The notes beneath the pieces were generated by a model that saw only the letters and a list, made by a program, of their open reading frames with translations, was not told where the DNA came from and searched no databases. A stretch of DNA of 64,000 bases, taken from contig SLNR01000020.1 of assembly GCA_007132905.1 (NCBI GenBank), forward strand, positions 5,859-69,858, read 5' to 3'. A program made the position numbers and the translations under genes. Below are positions 48,088-56,791 of the stretch, in pieces; the first letter of the stretch is position 1; the number at the start of each line of letters is the position of its first letter. The stretch comes from Candidatus Sumerlaeota bacterium (GTDB lineage Bacteria; Bacillota; SLNR01).

Positions 48088-48256
48088 TGTTTTTTAGTAA
48101 AATGGAACAAACAAAACAGAAAATGCCGGGCAGACTTCAAAATTCACGTAAGCTCAAGCAGAGAAATAGAGATGGTTTTTTCAGATGACAGGAAATAGCC
48201 GATAGGCGAAGAAAAAGACAGGCAAGGCAGGCTGATAAGAGGCGAGGGTGGTTTAG

Positions 48257-48481
48257 GTGGGAGAGTTTTTTTTATATGTTACATTTCAATCGGTACACGA
48301 AGCCATGAAAGCCGAAGATGTGTTCCATAAAACGACACTGTCTTTTAAAGTGGTTCCTGTTCCAAGACAGATTAGTTCTCACTGCGGCGTGGCTTTGCTT
48401 TTTTCGGTTAAGGACAAAAAGGACGTGGAAAAGATTGCTGTACAAAAGGGGCTGTCGATTGAAGAGTTTCATGTACTGTAG
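48257..48481 (+). CDS. DUF3343-like small protein (putative S/Se carrier-like)
   Basis: 74 aa. F.S.HEAMKAEDV......FKVVPVPRQISSHCGVALLF matches the DUF3343 pattern with its conserved Cys. Confidence 0.65.
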   Translation: MGEFFLYVTFQSVHEAMKAEDVFHKTTLSFKVVPVPRQISSHCGVALLFSVKDKKDVEKIAVQKGLSIEEFHVL

Positions 48482-48498
48482 CTAGAGGGGGTTTATCA

Positions 48499-49638
48499 GT
48501 GACCATATATTTCGATAACGCAGCGACAAGTTGGCCCAAACCTGAAAAGGTATACCGGGCGATGGATCACTTTATGCGGGAAGTTGGCGCCAATCCCGGC
48601 CGCTCAGGGCACCGCCAATCTATTGAAGCGGGGAGAATCATCTATCTTGTTCGAAAAAGTCTAGCGGAAATGCTGGGGGTCTGTTCTGAAGACCGGGTTA
48701 TTTTGGCGCTAAACGCCACCGATGGTTTGAATATGGCCATTAAAGGGACAGTTGAACCAGGAGATCACATCATCACCAGCTCCATGGAGCACAATGCGGT
48801 GATGAGGCCTTTGAGAGGGCTGCAGGATCAAAAAAAGATCGAATTAACCATCGTGCCTTGCAGCGAACAAGGGTATCTAGATCCTGATGATATTAAAAAG
48901 GCTGTCCAAAGAAACACAAAAACGATCATCCTTAATCATGCTTCCAATGTAACGGGAAACATTTTGCCGGTCAAGGAAGTAGGAGAGATTGCTAAAAACC
49001 ATCATTTGCGATTGATTGTAGATGGGGCACAAACAGCGGGGGTTCTTCCGATTGACATAGACGATTTGGGCGTTGACATCTATGCTTTTACAGGTCACAA
49101 AGGTCTTTTGGGTCCTCAAGGAACGGGAGGGCTTTGTTTAGGGAATCAAGTTTCTCTAAAGCCATGGAGGGAAGGGGGTACGGGCAGCCGCTCAGAAAGC
49201 GACAGGCAGCCGGATTTTCTTCCTGATTCTCTAGAGGCCGGGACTCCGAATACAGTAGGAGCAGCGGGACTAAAAGCAGCTTTGGATTTCCTTCTTCATA
49301 CCGGTATTGATCAAGTTCGCGACAAAGAACTGGCTTTGACTCAAAGATTGTGGGAGGGGCTTGACACCATCAAAAGGGTCAAAATGTACGGACCGGCTGT
49401 TCGAAAAGACGCTGTGGCTGTAGTTTCTTTTGTGGTAAACGGGCAAGATCCTGCTGTGACGGCCTTAACCCTAGAAGAAAAAGGGGGCATTGCCTGCCGC
49501 ACCGGTCTGCATTGTGCGCCTCATGCGCATAAAACCATCGGGTCGCATCCGACAGGAACCATTCGTTTTAGTTTGGGTATCTTTAATACCCCAGAAGAGG
49601 TGGACGCAGCTATAAAGGTTGTTGAAATGGTATCTTGA
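48499..49638 (+). CDS. class-V aminotransferase-fold cysteine desulfurase family protein
   Basis: IYFDNAATSWPKP, the PLP-lysine motif FTGHKGLLGPQGTG, and the C-terminal active-site-like RTGLHCAP. Confidence 0.85.
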   Translation: MTIYFDNAATSWPKPEKVYRAMDHFMREVGANPGRSGHRQSIEAGRIIYLVRKSLAEMLGVCSEDRVILALNATDGLNMAIKGTVEPGDHIITSSMEHNAVMRPLRGLQDQKKIELTIVPCSEQGYLDPDDIKKAVQRNTKTIILNHASNVTGNILPVKEVGEIAKNHHLRLIVDGAQTAGVLPIDIDDLGVDIYAFTGHKGLLGPQGTGGLCLGNQVSLKPWREGGTGSRSESDRQPDFLPDSLEAGTPNTVGAAGLKAALDFLLHTGIDQVRDKELALTQRLWEGLDTIKRVKMYGPAVRKDAVAVVSFVVNGQDPAVTALTLEEKGGIACRTGLHCAPHAHKTIGSHPTGTIRFSLGIFNTPEEVDAAIKVVEMVS

Positions 49639-49762
49639 TCAAACTGAAACTATTTGCCCGCCAAGGTTCCTTGTGATAAAATAAACTATCGGAAAAGGGG
49701 CTTGAAATGTGCGGAGATGGTGCAAGTGGCGTCTGCAATTTTTTTTGGGAGGGTAGGATACT

Positions 49763-50314
49763 TTGGATCAGGAAAATCCCCAAAATGAACCAGAAGTAAT
49801 ACCCAAAAGAAGAATTGGCCCGGTCCTTCGGTTGTTCATCATGGTGATGGTTCTTGCCTTGATTGTTGGATCCATTGGTGGATACGGAACGGTGCTGATC
49901 GAATATTTTCAGAGTAGCCGTGTGGGGAGGCAAGATCTTATCAGTAGAGGAGACCAAGCCTTTGCCGAAGAAAACTTCGAAGCTGCTATTGATTATTATG
50001 AAAGAGCTATTTTGCTTTCTCCCGGACATCCTGATAATGCAGCCCTCCATTCGGGCATAGGCACAGCTTACTATTATCAAGACGAGATCGACAAAGCACT
50101 TGTGTCTTTTCATAGATCACTGGAGATCGATCCGGATTTCTGGCCTTCTTTGTACAGTGCGGGGATTATTTATCATTTTGAGAGGCAGGACTATCAGCGA
50201 GCGTATGAACAATGGGATAGACTGCTAGAAATGGAGTGGGAAGATGACGAGGTACGAAAACATATTGAAGAGCTGCATGAAGAAGCAGAAGAAAAATTAG
50301 AGGTCGTAGGGTAA
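49763..50314 (+). CDS. membrane-anchored TPR-repeat protein
   Basis: A TTG start. One TM (LFIMVMVLALIVGSIGGYG) is followed by TPR-like repeats (AIDYYERAILLSP, ALVSFHRSLEIDP). Confidence 0.65.
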   Translation: MDQENPQNEPEVIPKRRIGPVLRLFIMVMVLALIVGSIGGYGTVLIEYFQSSRVGRQDLISRGDQAFAEENFEAAIDYYERAILLSPGHPDNAALHSGIGTAYYYQDEIDKALVSFHRSLEIDPDFWPSLYSAGIIYHFERQDYQRAYEQWDRLLEMEWEDDEVRKHIEELHEEAEEKLEVVG

Positions 50315-50394
50315 CTCATTTGCCGGCCGACCATAAGATGAAGCGAGAAGAAATTGCTGAATGTTCGCCCGCAGCCTGGTAAAAGATGAAAAAA

Positions 50395-50418
50395 AGGAAA
50401 CGGATCGTTTTCTTTTTA
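50395..50418 (+). terminator. putative terminator after the TPR gene
   Basis: AGGAAACG-gat-CGTTTTCT followed by a T-run. Confidence 0.4.
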
Positions 50419-50481
50419 GAGTGAGGGTGCTCATTCGTCAAAAATAGAGATAGAACAAGAAAAAAGTAGGAGGTTTTATTT

Positions 50482-51009
50482 ATGGAAGTGTATGAAGCTA
50501 TTAAAGGTAGAAGAAGCATAAGAAAATTCACAGACAGAGCCATCGAAAAAGAGACTCTCAAAAAGATCATTGAAGCTGCCACATACGCCCCGACGGCGCA
50601 TAACCAACAGCCTTGGGATTTTATTGTGACCCAAGAGGCGAGCAAAAAAGAGGCGTTAGCTGAAGGACACCGTTTTGCCCGTTTTGTTCCTGACGCGGAT
50701 ACAGCGGTGATCGTCTGCAGCCCCTTGAAAGTGGAGAAACCAGCCCATATTGGGCCAGCTTGTATCCAGCATTTTGATGTACAGGATACAGCGGCTGCGA
50801 TACAGAATTTGATGCTCGCCGCACACGCTGAGGGGATCGGTTCTTGCTGGATTGGAGACTATAATGAAGATTCAGTAAAAGATATATTTGATATACCCAA
50901 AGAATATGGGGTGATGGCCGTTATTGCCATGGGTTATCCTGCGCACCAGCCAAAAGGGAGCCGTAAACGCCGTTCTCTTGACGATGTGATCCACTTTGAA
51001 AAGTTTTAA
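50482..51009 (+). CDS. nitroreductase family protein
   Basis: AIKGRRSIRKFTD...APTAHNQQPW...GIGSCWIG are nitroreductase motifs. Confidence 0.85.
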   Translation: MEVYEAIKGRRSIRKFTDRAIEKETLKKIIEAATYAPTAHNQQPWDFIVTQEASKKEALAEGHRFARFVPDADTAVIVCSPLKVEKPAHIGPACIQHFDVQDTAAAIQNLMLAAHAEGIGSCWIGDYNEDSVKDIFDIPKEYGVMAVIAMGYPAHQPKGSRKRRSLDDVIHFEKF

Positions 51010-51147
51010 CAAAGGCCGTTCAAATCAGGGTGATTCATGTTTTCCCAATCAGTTGGATAGGAGATCAAAGCTATAAGAAAAGGTAGAAAGAAATGAGATT
51101 TGCGACAGGTCAAAGCAGTTTACGAAAAAGATGTGGAGGTACTGCCG

Positions 51148-52311
51148 ATGGACTACTTTCTAACGGAAGAACAAGAAATGATTCGAGACTTGGCAAGACG
51201 GATCGCAGAGGAACGAATCAAGCCGCAAGCAGCGGAGTTGGATGAAAGCGAAACGTTTCCGAAAGAGATTATGCAGACCATTGCAGAATCAGACCTTTTC
51301 GGGGTGTATATTGATGAAGAACACGGCGGCTTAGGGATGGGTGTTTTTGAAAAATGTTTAGTGATCGAAGAACTTAGCAAGGCCTGTACGGGCGTTTCCG
51401 TGACTTTGGCCGCCAGCGGATTAGCCACCTATCCCATCGTTCTGTTTGGTACAGAAAAACAAAAGGAACAGTATTTACCCGATTTGGCCAGCGGAGAAAA
51501 GCTGGGTGCTTTCGCGTTAACCGAAGCGGAGGCAGGCAGTGATGCAGCCAATATCAAAACAACGGCGGTCGAAGATGGCGAAGATTACATTATCAACGGC
51601 ACCAAACAGTGGATTACCAACGGCGGAGAAGCCGATGTGTATGTTGTCATTACCATGACGGACCCCAACAAAGGGGTCCGGGGAGCGACCGCCTTTATTG
51701 TGGATCACGATAACCCGGGCATACACTTTGGAAAGAAAGAGAAAAAAATGGGGATAAGGGCTTCGGCTACGCGTGAAGTCATTTTCGAAGATTGCCGCGT
51801 GTCAAGGCATCAAATGCTAGGGCGTAAAGGAATGGGCTTTGTGGTAACGATGAAAACGCTTGATATCACACGCCTGGGAGTAGGGGCCCAAGCGGTTGGG
51901 ATCGCACAGGGCGCGCTGAATGAAGCTTTGGCGTTTGCTCGCGAGAGAGTACAATTCGGGAAAACGATTTCGTCTTTTCAAGCGGTTCAGCATATGCTAG
52001 CGGACATGGCCACCCAGACAGAAGCAGCCCGTTCATTGGTGTACAATGCGGCCAAAATGATTGACGGCGGCGCAAAAGACTATTCCAAGGAATCAGCCAT
52101 GGCTAAGTTGTTTGCCTCCGATACGGCTATGAAAGTCGCCACCGATGCTGTTCAGGTGATGGGCGGTTCCGGGTATATGCGCGATTATCCCGTTGAAAAG
52201 ATGATGAGAGATGCCAAGATCACCCAAATATACGAAGGCACCAATCAAATCCTACGAAATGTGATTGGACTCGATTTAGTCAAAGATTCGAGGAAAAAAA
52301 CAAAAAGGTAG
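51148..52311 (+). CDS. acyl-CoA dehydrogenase (butyryl-CoA dehydrogenase / CarC-like)
   Basis: MDYFLTEEQEMIRDLAR, ALTEAEAGSDA, QWITNGG and the C-terminal YEGTNQI with the catalytic Glu. GTGGAGG lies 8 nt upstream of ATG 51148. Confidence 0.9.
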   Translation: MDYFLTEEQEMIRDLARRIAEERIKPQAAELDESETFPKEIMQTIAESDLFGVYIDEEHGGLGMGVFEKCLVIEELSKACTGVSVTLAASGLATYPIVLFGTEKQKEQYLPDLASGEKLGAFALTEAEAGSDAANIKTTAVEDGEDYIINGTKQWITNGGEADVYVVITMTDPNKGVRGATAFIVDHDNPGIHFGKKEKKMGIRASATREVIFEDCRVSRHQMLGRKGMGFVVTMKTLDITRLGVGAQAVGIAQGALNEALAFARERVQFGKTISSFQAVQHMLADMATQTEAARSLVYNAAKMIDGGAKDYSKESAMAKLFASDTAMKVATDAVQVMGGSGYMRDYPVEKMMRDAKITQIYEGTNQILRNVIGLDLVKDSRKKTKR

Positions 52312-52322
52312 TGTGATGATCT

Positions 52323-53114
52323 ATGCAAATTGTTGTCTGCGTAAAGCAAGTTCCTGATACCGGGGAAGTCAAAATCGATAAAGAGACAAACACATTGATC
52401 CGCGAGGGAGTACCGGCCATCATTAATCCTTTTGATACCCATGCCATCGCGGAGGCCATAAAAATAAAGAAAGAACAGGGAGGAACGGTTACAGTTGTAA
52501 CGATGGGGCCAAAACAAGCAGAAGAGGCCTTAAAAGAGTCGATTGCTTTGGGAGTGGATCAAGTCCGGCATTTGTGTGATTCGGCTTTTGCAGGGTCAGA
52601 CACCTGGGCAACGTCGGTTACGCTCACAGCAGCCATTCGAAAACTAGAGCCGATTGACCTGGTGATCTGCGGAAGGCAGGCCATCGATGGAGATACCGCC
52701 CAGGTCGGTCCGGGCACAGCTGAGTTATTAAGCATTCCTCATGTGACAAATGTCCGTAAAATTGAGGTCCTCGAGGACGGCCGCTCGTGTCGAGTGGAAA
52801 GATTAACAGATGACGGGTATGAAGTTTTAGAAGTCCAGGCTCCGTTATTGATTACGGTGGTAAGAGAAATCAATCAGCCGAAAATGCCGTCGCTGCGAGG
52901 AATGATGAAAGCAAAGAAAGCTGACATTCCCATCTGGGGGCACCGTGATTTAGGACTTGAACCCGAAGAAATTGGACTGCAGGGGTCTCCAACATGGGTC
53001 AATAAAGTGTTCAGCCCGGAGGCGGTACAAACGGAAGGGGAAATTTTTTCAGGAACCACCGAAGAAAACGCTGAATATTTAAGGGATGTTCTAAAAAAGG
53101 TAAAGGCTTTTTGA
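52323..53114 (+). CDS. etfB: electron transfer flavoprotein beta subunit
   Basis: MQIVVCVKQVPDT, INPFD and GRQAIDGDTAQVGP. Confidence 0.9.
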   Translation: MQIVVCVKQVPDTGEVKIDKETNTLIREGVPAIINPFDTHAIAEAIKIKKEQGGTVTVVTMGPKQAEEALKESIALGVDQVRHLCDSAFAGSDTWATSVTLTAAIRKLEPIDLVICGRQAIDGDTAQVGPGTAELLSIPHVTNVRKIEVLEDGRSCRVERLTDDGYEVLEVQAPLLITVVREINQPKMPSLRGMMKAKKADIPIWGHRDLGLEPEEIGLQGSPTWVNKVFSPEAVQTEGEIFSGTTEENAEYLRDVLKKVKAF

Positions 53115-53135
53115 CGGTGCGGGGAGGTTTGTTTA

Positions 53136-54320
53136 GTGGAGATTATGATCGAGAAAGAGCAATGCGATGGATGCGGCGTCTGCGTTGATATCTGTCCCTA
53201 TAAGGTTTTGTCAATAGAAGAGGAAACGGCTTATGTCAAGGGAACGTGTACCTTATGCGCTGTATGTGTAAGGCAGTGCCCCCAAGAGGCGATTTCCATG
53301 CCCGGCGGAAGCATCAAAGGTGAAGAAGAAGTGTCAAATTATAAAGGCCTGTGGATTTTTGCCGAGCTGAAAAAGAACAAGCCGATACCAGTTGTGTATG
53401 AGTTGATCGGGAAAGGAAGAGAGCTGGCGGATCAATTGGAAGAAGAGCTCTCTTTGGTGGTAGCAGGGCATGATGTGAAAGAGGCGGTTGAAGATTTATC
53501 GCAGTATCCTGTTGACCGCATTATCGCCTGTGAAGATCCTCTGTTGGAGGAATACCATGATGAGCGCTACACCCATATGCTGACCCGATATGTTCAAAAG
53601 TACAGACCAGCTGTGCTGTTGCTGGGTGCAACGACAAACGGGCGTTCATTGGCACCGAGGACGGCAGCCCGTTTAGGCACAGGCTTGACAGCCGACTGTA
53701 CAGAACTTGAAATCGATTTTGACCGCAAATGTTTGCTGCAAACCCGGCCGGCCTACGGGGGGAATATCCTTGCTACGATAACCTGCCAATACCAACGGCC
53801 TCAGATGGCCACTGTTCGGCCGAAGGTTTTTCCGAAAGCGGAACCTTCGGATCAAATGGAACCGGCAGTTGAATACGACCAGGTGGACATGGCTTGCCTG
53901 CCCGTAAAAGTAGTTTTAAAGGAAAAAAAAGAAGAAGTCTCTGATTTGGTCAGCATAGAAGAAGCAGATATTGTGGTGGCCGGTGGACGGGGACTCGGAT
54001 CTGAAGAAAACTTTGGTTTGATTGAAGAGCTGGCGTCTCTTATGGGCGGCGCAGTAGGGGCTTCCCGGGCGGTGGTCGATGAAGGGTGGACCCCCTACAA
54101 TCGGCAGGTGGGCCAGACCGGCAGAACCATCAGCCCGAAAGTATACATCGCCTGCGGTATATCCGGAGCCATTCAACATCAAATCGGAATGCGTTCCGCT
54201 GAAACAATTATTGCCATCAATAAGAATGAGGACGCGCCTATTTTTCAAATCGCCGATTATGGTATTGTCGGCGATGTAAATGAAGTCCTTCGCTTACTGA
54301 TAAGTCAGATGAAGGAATAA
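53136..54320 (+). CDS. etfA: electron transfer flavoprotein alpha subunit with an N-terminal 2x[4Fe-4S] ferredoxin domain
   Basis: The N-terminus has CDGCGVCVDICP and CTLCAVCVRQCP. The EtfA core follows (VAGGRGLGS, GASRAVVDEGW, QVGQTGRTISPKVYIACGISGAIQH). Confidence 0.9.
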   Translation: MEIMIEKEQCDGCGVCVDICPYKVLSIEEETAYVKGTCTLCAVCVRQCPQEAISMPGGSIKGEEEVSNYKGLWIFAELKKNKPIPVVYELIGKGRELADQLEEELSLVVAGHDVKEAVEDLSQYPVDRIIACEDPLLEEYHDERYTHMLTRYVQKYRPAVLLLGATTNGRSLAPRTAARLGTGLTADCTELEIDFDRKCLLQTRPAYGGNILATITCQYQRPQMATVRPKVFPKAEPSDQMEPAVEYDQVDMACLPVKVVLKEKKEEVSDLVSIEEADIVVAGGRGLGSEENFGLIEELASLMGGAVGASRAVVDEGWTPYNRQVGQTGRTISPKVYIACGISGAIQHQIGMRSAETIIAINKNEDAPIFQIADYGIVGDVNEVLRLLISQMKE

Positions 54321-54340
54321 AAAAGGCAGGATTTTCGCAA

Positions 54341-54364
54341 GCGGGGCAGGTGCCCCGCTTTTTT
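54341..54364 (+). terminator. rho-independent terminator after etfA
   Basis: GCGGGG-caggtg-CCCCGC followed by T6. Confidence 0.7.
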
Positions 54365-54444
54365 GATTTGGCAGGTTTTTGTATCTCTGTGGCGAAGCTG
54401 TTATTCTGTTTGGAAAAAATGCTTGCACAGAAAGGGGAAAAGTA

Positions 54445-55761
54445 ATGACAAAAAATGAATTGAAGCAACAGGTTTGTGCTGCTATCGACAAAAGAGCGAC
54501 CGAAATCATTGAAATGGGAGAAACCATTTTCAAGCAGCCAGAACTTGGATTTAAGGAGCATAACACGGCTTCTTTAGTGAAAGAAAAATTTGAGAGTTTA
54601 GGCCTTGAGTATAAGGATCAACTCGCGCTGACGGGTTTAAGAGCAGATATGAAAGGTCGAAGCAGCGATACCAGGGTGGCGGTTATGGGCGAGCTAGATG
54701 CGGTAATCTGTCATGACCATCCTTTTGCCGATAAAAAAACAGGGGCGGTTCATGCCTGCGGGCATAATGCGCAAATAGCTTCCATGATTGGAACGGCCAT
54801 GGGATTAAAAGATACAAACGCCATGAAAGAATTAGACGGCGATGTTGCTTTTTTGGCCGTCCCGGCGGAAGAATACGTGGAGATAGAGTACCGAATGAAG
54901 CTGCAAGAAGAAAAGAAAATTGAGTTTCTAGGCGGCAAACAAGAGTTTATTCGGCTAGGTGTCTTTGATGATGTAGATATGACTATGATGATTCATTCTA
55001 GTTCAAACCTGCCCGGAAAAAAAGCGCGGGTAGGAGGAAAAAGCAATGGTTTTATCGGGAAGGCAGTTAAATATATCGGAACAGAGGCGCACGCCGGAGG
55101 AGCTCCTCATCAGGGTGTAAATGCTCTTAATGCGGCCATGTTGGGTATGATGGGTATTCATGCTCTTAGAGAAACATTTAAAGACGATGATGCCATTAGA
55201 GTCCACCCCATTATCACCAAAGGCGGAGACCTTGTCAATATTGTCCCGGCGGATGTAAGAATCGAAACCTATATAAGAGGCAAAACCATGGAGGCCATAT
55301 TGGATGCAAACAAGAAGGTGAACAGAGCCCTTGAGGCCGGCGCCATGGCAGTAGGCGCGGAAGTTGAAATTACAGAGATTCCCGGTTACCTGCCGCTAAA
55401 AAATGATCCGCAGATGTCGGAATTTTTTAAAGAGAATATGGGGGAAATTATCGGCGAGGAGAATTTGTCATACGGAAAGCACATGGCAGGTTCCACGGAC
55501 ATGGGTGATGTAACCAATATCATGCCCGGGATCCACCCTGAGATTGGCGGGATTACCGGCAGGGCTCACGCCAGAGATTATGAAATTGTGGATAAAGAGA
55601 TGGCCTATGTTGTCCCGGCTAAGGGAATGGCTATGACCGTAGTGGATCTTCTTTATGACAAGGCACAACTGGGTAAAAAAGTGCTGGAAGACGCAAAACC
55701 CCCGATGACCGTAGCCGAGTACCTAGAAATGTGGCAGGAGCTTTTTTCGAAGGGAAAATGA
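54445..55761 (+). CDS. M20D-family amidohydrolase (N-acyl-amino-acid / AbgB-like hydrolase)
   Basis: The metal motif is HACGHNAQ. About 438 aa. AAAGGGG lies upstream of ATG 54445. Confidence 0.75.
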   Translation: MTKNELKQQVCAAIDKRATEIIEMGETIFKQPELGFKEHNTASLVKEKFESLGLEYKDQLALTGLRADMKGRSSDTRVAVMGELDAVICHDHPFADKKTGAVHACGHNAQIASMIGTAMGLKDTNAMKELDGDVAFLAVPAEEYVEIEYRMKLQEEKKIEFLGGKQEFIRLGVFDDVDMTMMIHSSSNLPGKKARVGGKSNGFIGKAVKYIGTEAHAGGAPHQGVNALNAAMLGMMGIHALRETFKDDDAIRVHPIITKGGDLVNIVPADVRIETYIRGKTMEAILDANKKVNRALEAGAMAVGAEVEITEIPGYLPLKNDPQMSEFFKENMGEIIGEENLSYGKHMAGSTDMGDVTNIMPGIHPEIGGITGRAHARDYEIVDKEMAYVVPAKGMAMTVVDLLYDKAQLGKKVLEDAKPPMTVAEYLEMWQELFSKGK

Positions 55762-55781
55762 AATGAGAAGAAAGAAGTGAG

Positions 55782-56786
55782 GTGGCAGTTATGATTTTGG
55801 CAATCTCTCAAAAAGACATGCAGCAGGCGGTTACGATGAAAGAAGCTATCGAAGCGGCCAAACAGGCATTTGCTGCTTCTTCGTCGGGCGGCGCCAATAT
55901 TCCCCTTAGAACCCAAATTGATGTCGATGATCACAAAGGGGTGATGCTGTTTATGCCGGGACGAATCGCAGAGCTCGATTCACTCGGGGTAAAAATTGTT
56001 TCTGTTTTTTTGGATAACCCAAGCAGAGACTTAGATACCATTCAATCGGTCATGCTGCTTCAAGACGAAAAAACGGGCGAAACATTATCGATTATGGACG
56101 GGGCTTATTTGACCGCACTTAGAACAGGAGCCGCCTCAGGGGTGGCGACCATGATGCTAGCTTGCGAGGACGCGTCTTCGGTAGCCATTTTCGGGGCCGG
56201 ACGACAGGCTCGCACCCAATTAGAGGCAGTGGCTTCAGTCAGAAAGATCACAAAAGTAATCGTCTATGATCCTAACCCGAGAGCGGCCCAAGCATATATT
56301 CGCGAGATGAGAGAAAAGCTTGGCTCGGCGGTGTCTTTTTGGGCTGCAGAAAACCCCGCCGAGGCGGTTGAAGCAGATATTATTGTAACGGCGACAGTTT
56401 CGTCGGTACCGGTCTTCCCGGGTCAAAAAGTAAAGCCCGGAACACATATCAACGGAATTGGTTCCTATAAGCCTGATATGCGGGAACTTGATGAGGATAT
56501 TGTAAAAAGGGCAGATAAAGTGGTTGTGGACAATCAAAAAGCAGCTTTGGAAGAAGCCGGTGATTTGATCATCCCTATGCAGGAAAAGGTTGTAGGCTCT
56601 GATAGAATTGATGCGGAATTAGGCGAGATCATAAACAAAGAAAAAACCGGACGGGAAAAAAATAGTGAGATTACCATTTTTAAAACAGTGGGCTTTGCCG
56701 CCCTCGATCTCGCTGTTTCTAAAATGATTTATGATCGCGCCGTAATAGAAGGGGTAGGAAAAAGAATCGATCTTATAGGAGGATAA
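55782..56786 (+). CDS. ornithine cyclodeaminase / mu-crystallin family protein
   Basis: DGAYLTALRTGAASG and the Rossmann motif FGAGRQARTQ. About 330 aa. Confidence 0.85.
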   Translation: MAVMILAISQKDMQQAVTMKEAIEAAKQAFAASSSGGANIPLRTQIDVDDHKGVMLFMPGRIAELDSLGVKIVSVFLDNPSRDLDTIQSVMLLQDEKTGETLSIMDGAYLTALRTGAASGVATMMLACEDASSVAIFGAGRQARTQLEAVASVRKITKVIVYDPNPRAAQAYIREMREKLGSAVSFWAAENPAEAVEADIIVTATVSSVPVFPGQKVKPGTHINGIGSYKPDMRELDEDIVKRADKVVVDNQKAALEEAGDLIIPMQEKVVGSDRIDAELGEIINKEKTGREKNSEITIFKTVGFAALDLAVSKMIYDRAVIEGVGKRIDLIGG

Positions 56787-56791
56787 AAAAC

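Noticed and set aside
49639-49762. Possible terminator after the cysteine-desulfurase-like gene (TGCA...TGCA followed by T8)
   Set aside because: Only 4 bp can pair, so the T-run alone is not enough to call a terminator.
50316-50645. 109-aa minus-strand ORF between the TPR and nitroreductase genes
   Set aside because: It overlaps the well-supported nitroreductase N-terminus in antisense. The remainder covers an intergenic terminator region.
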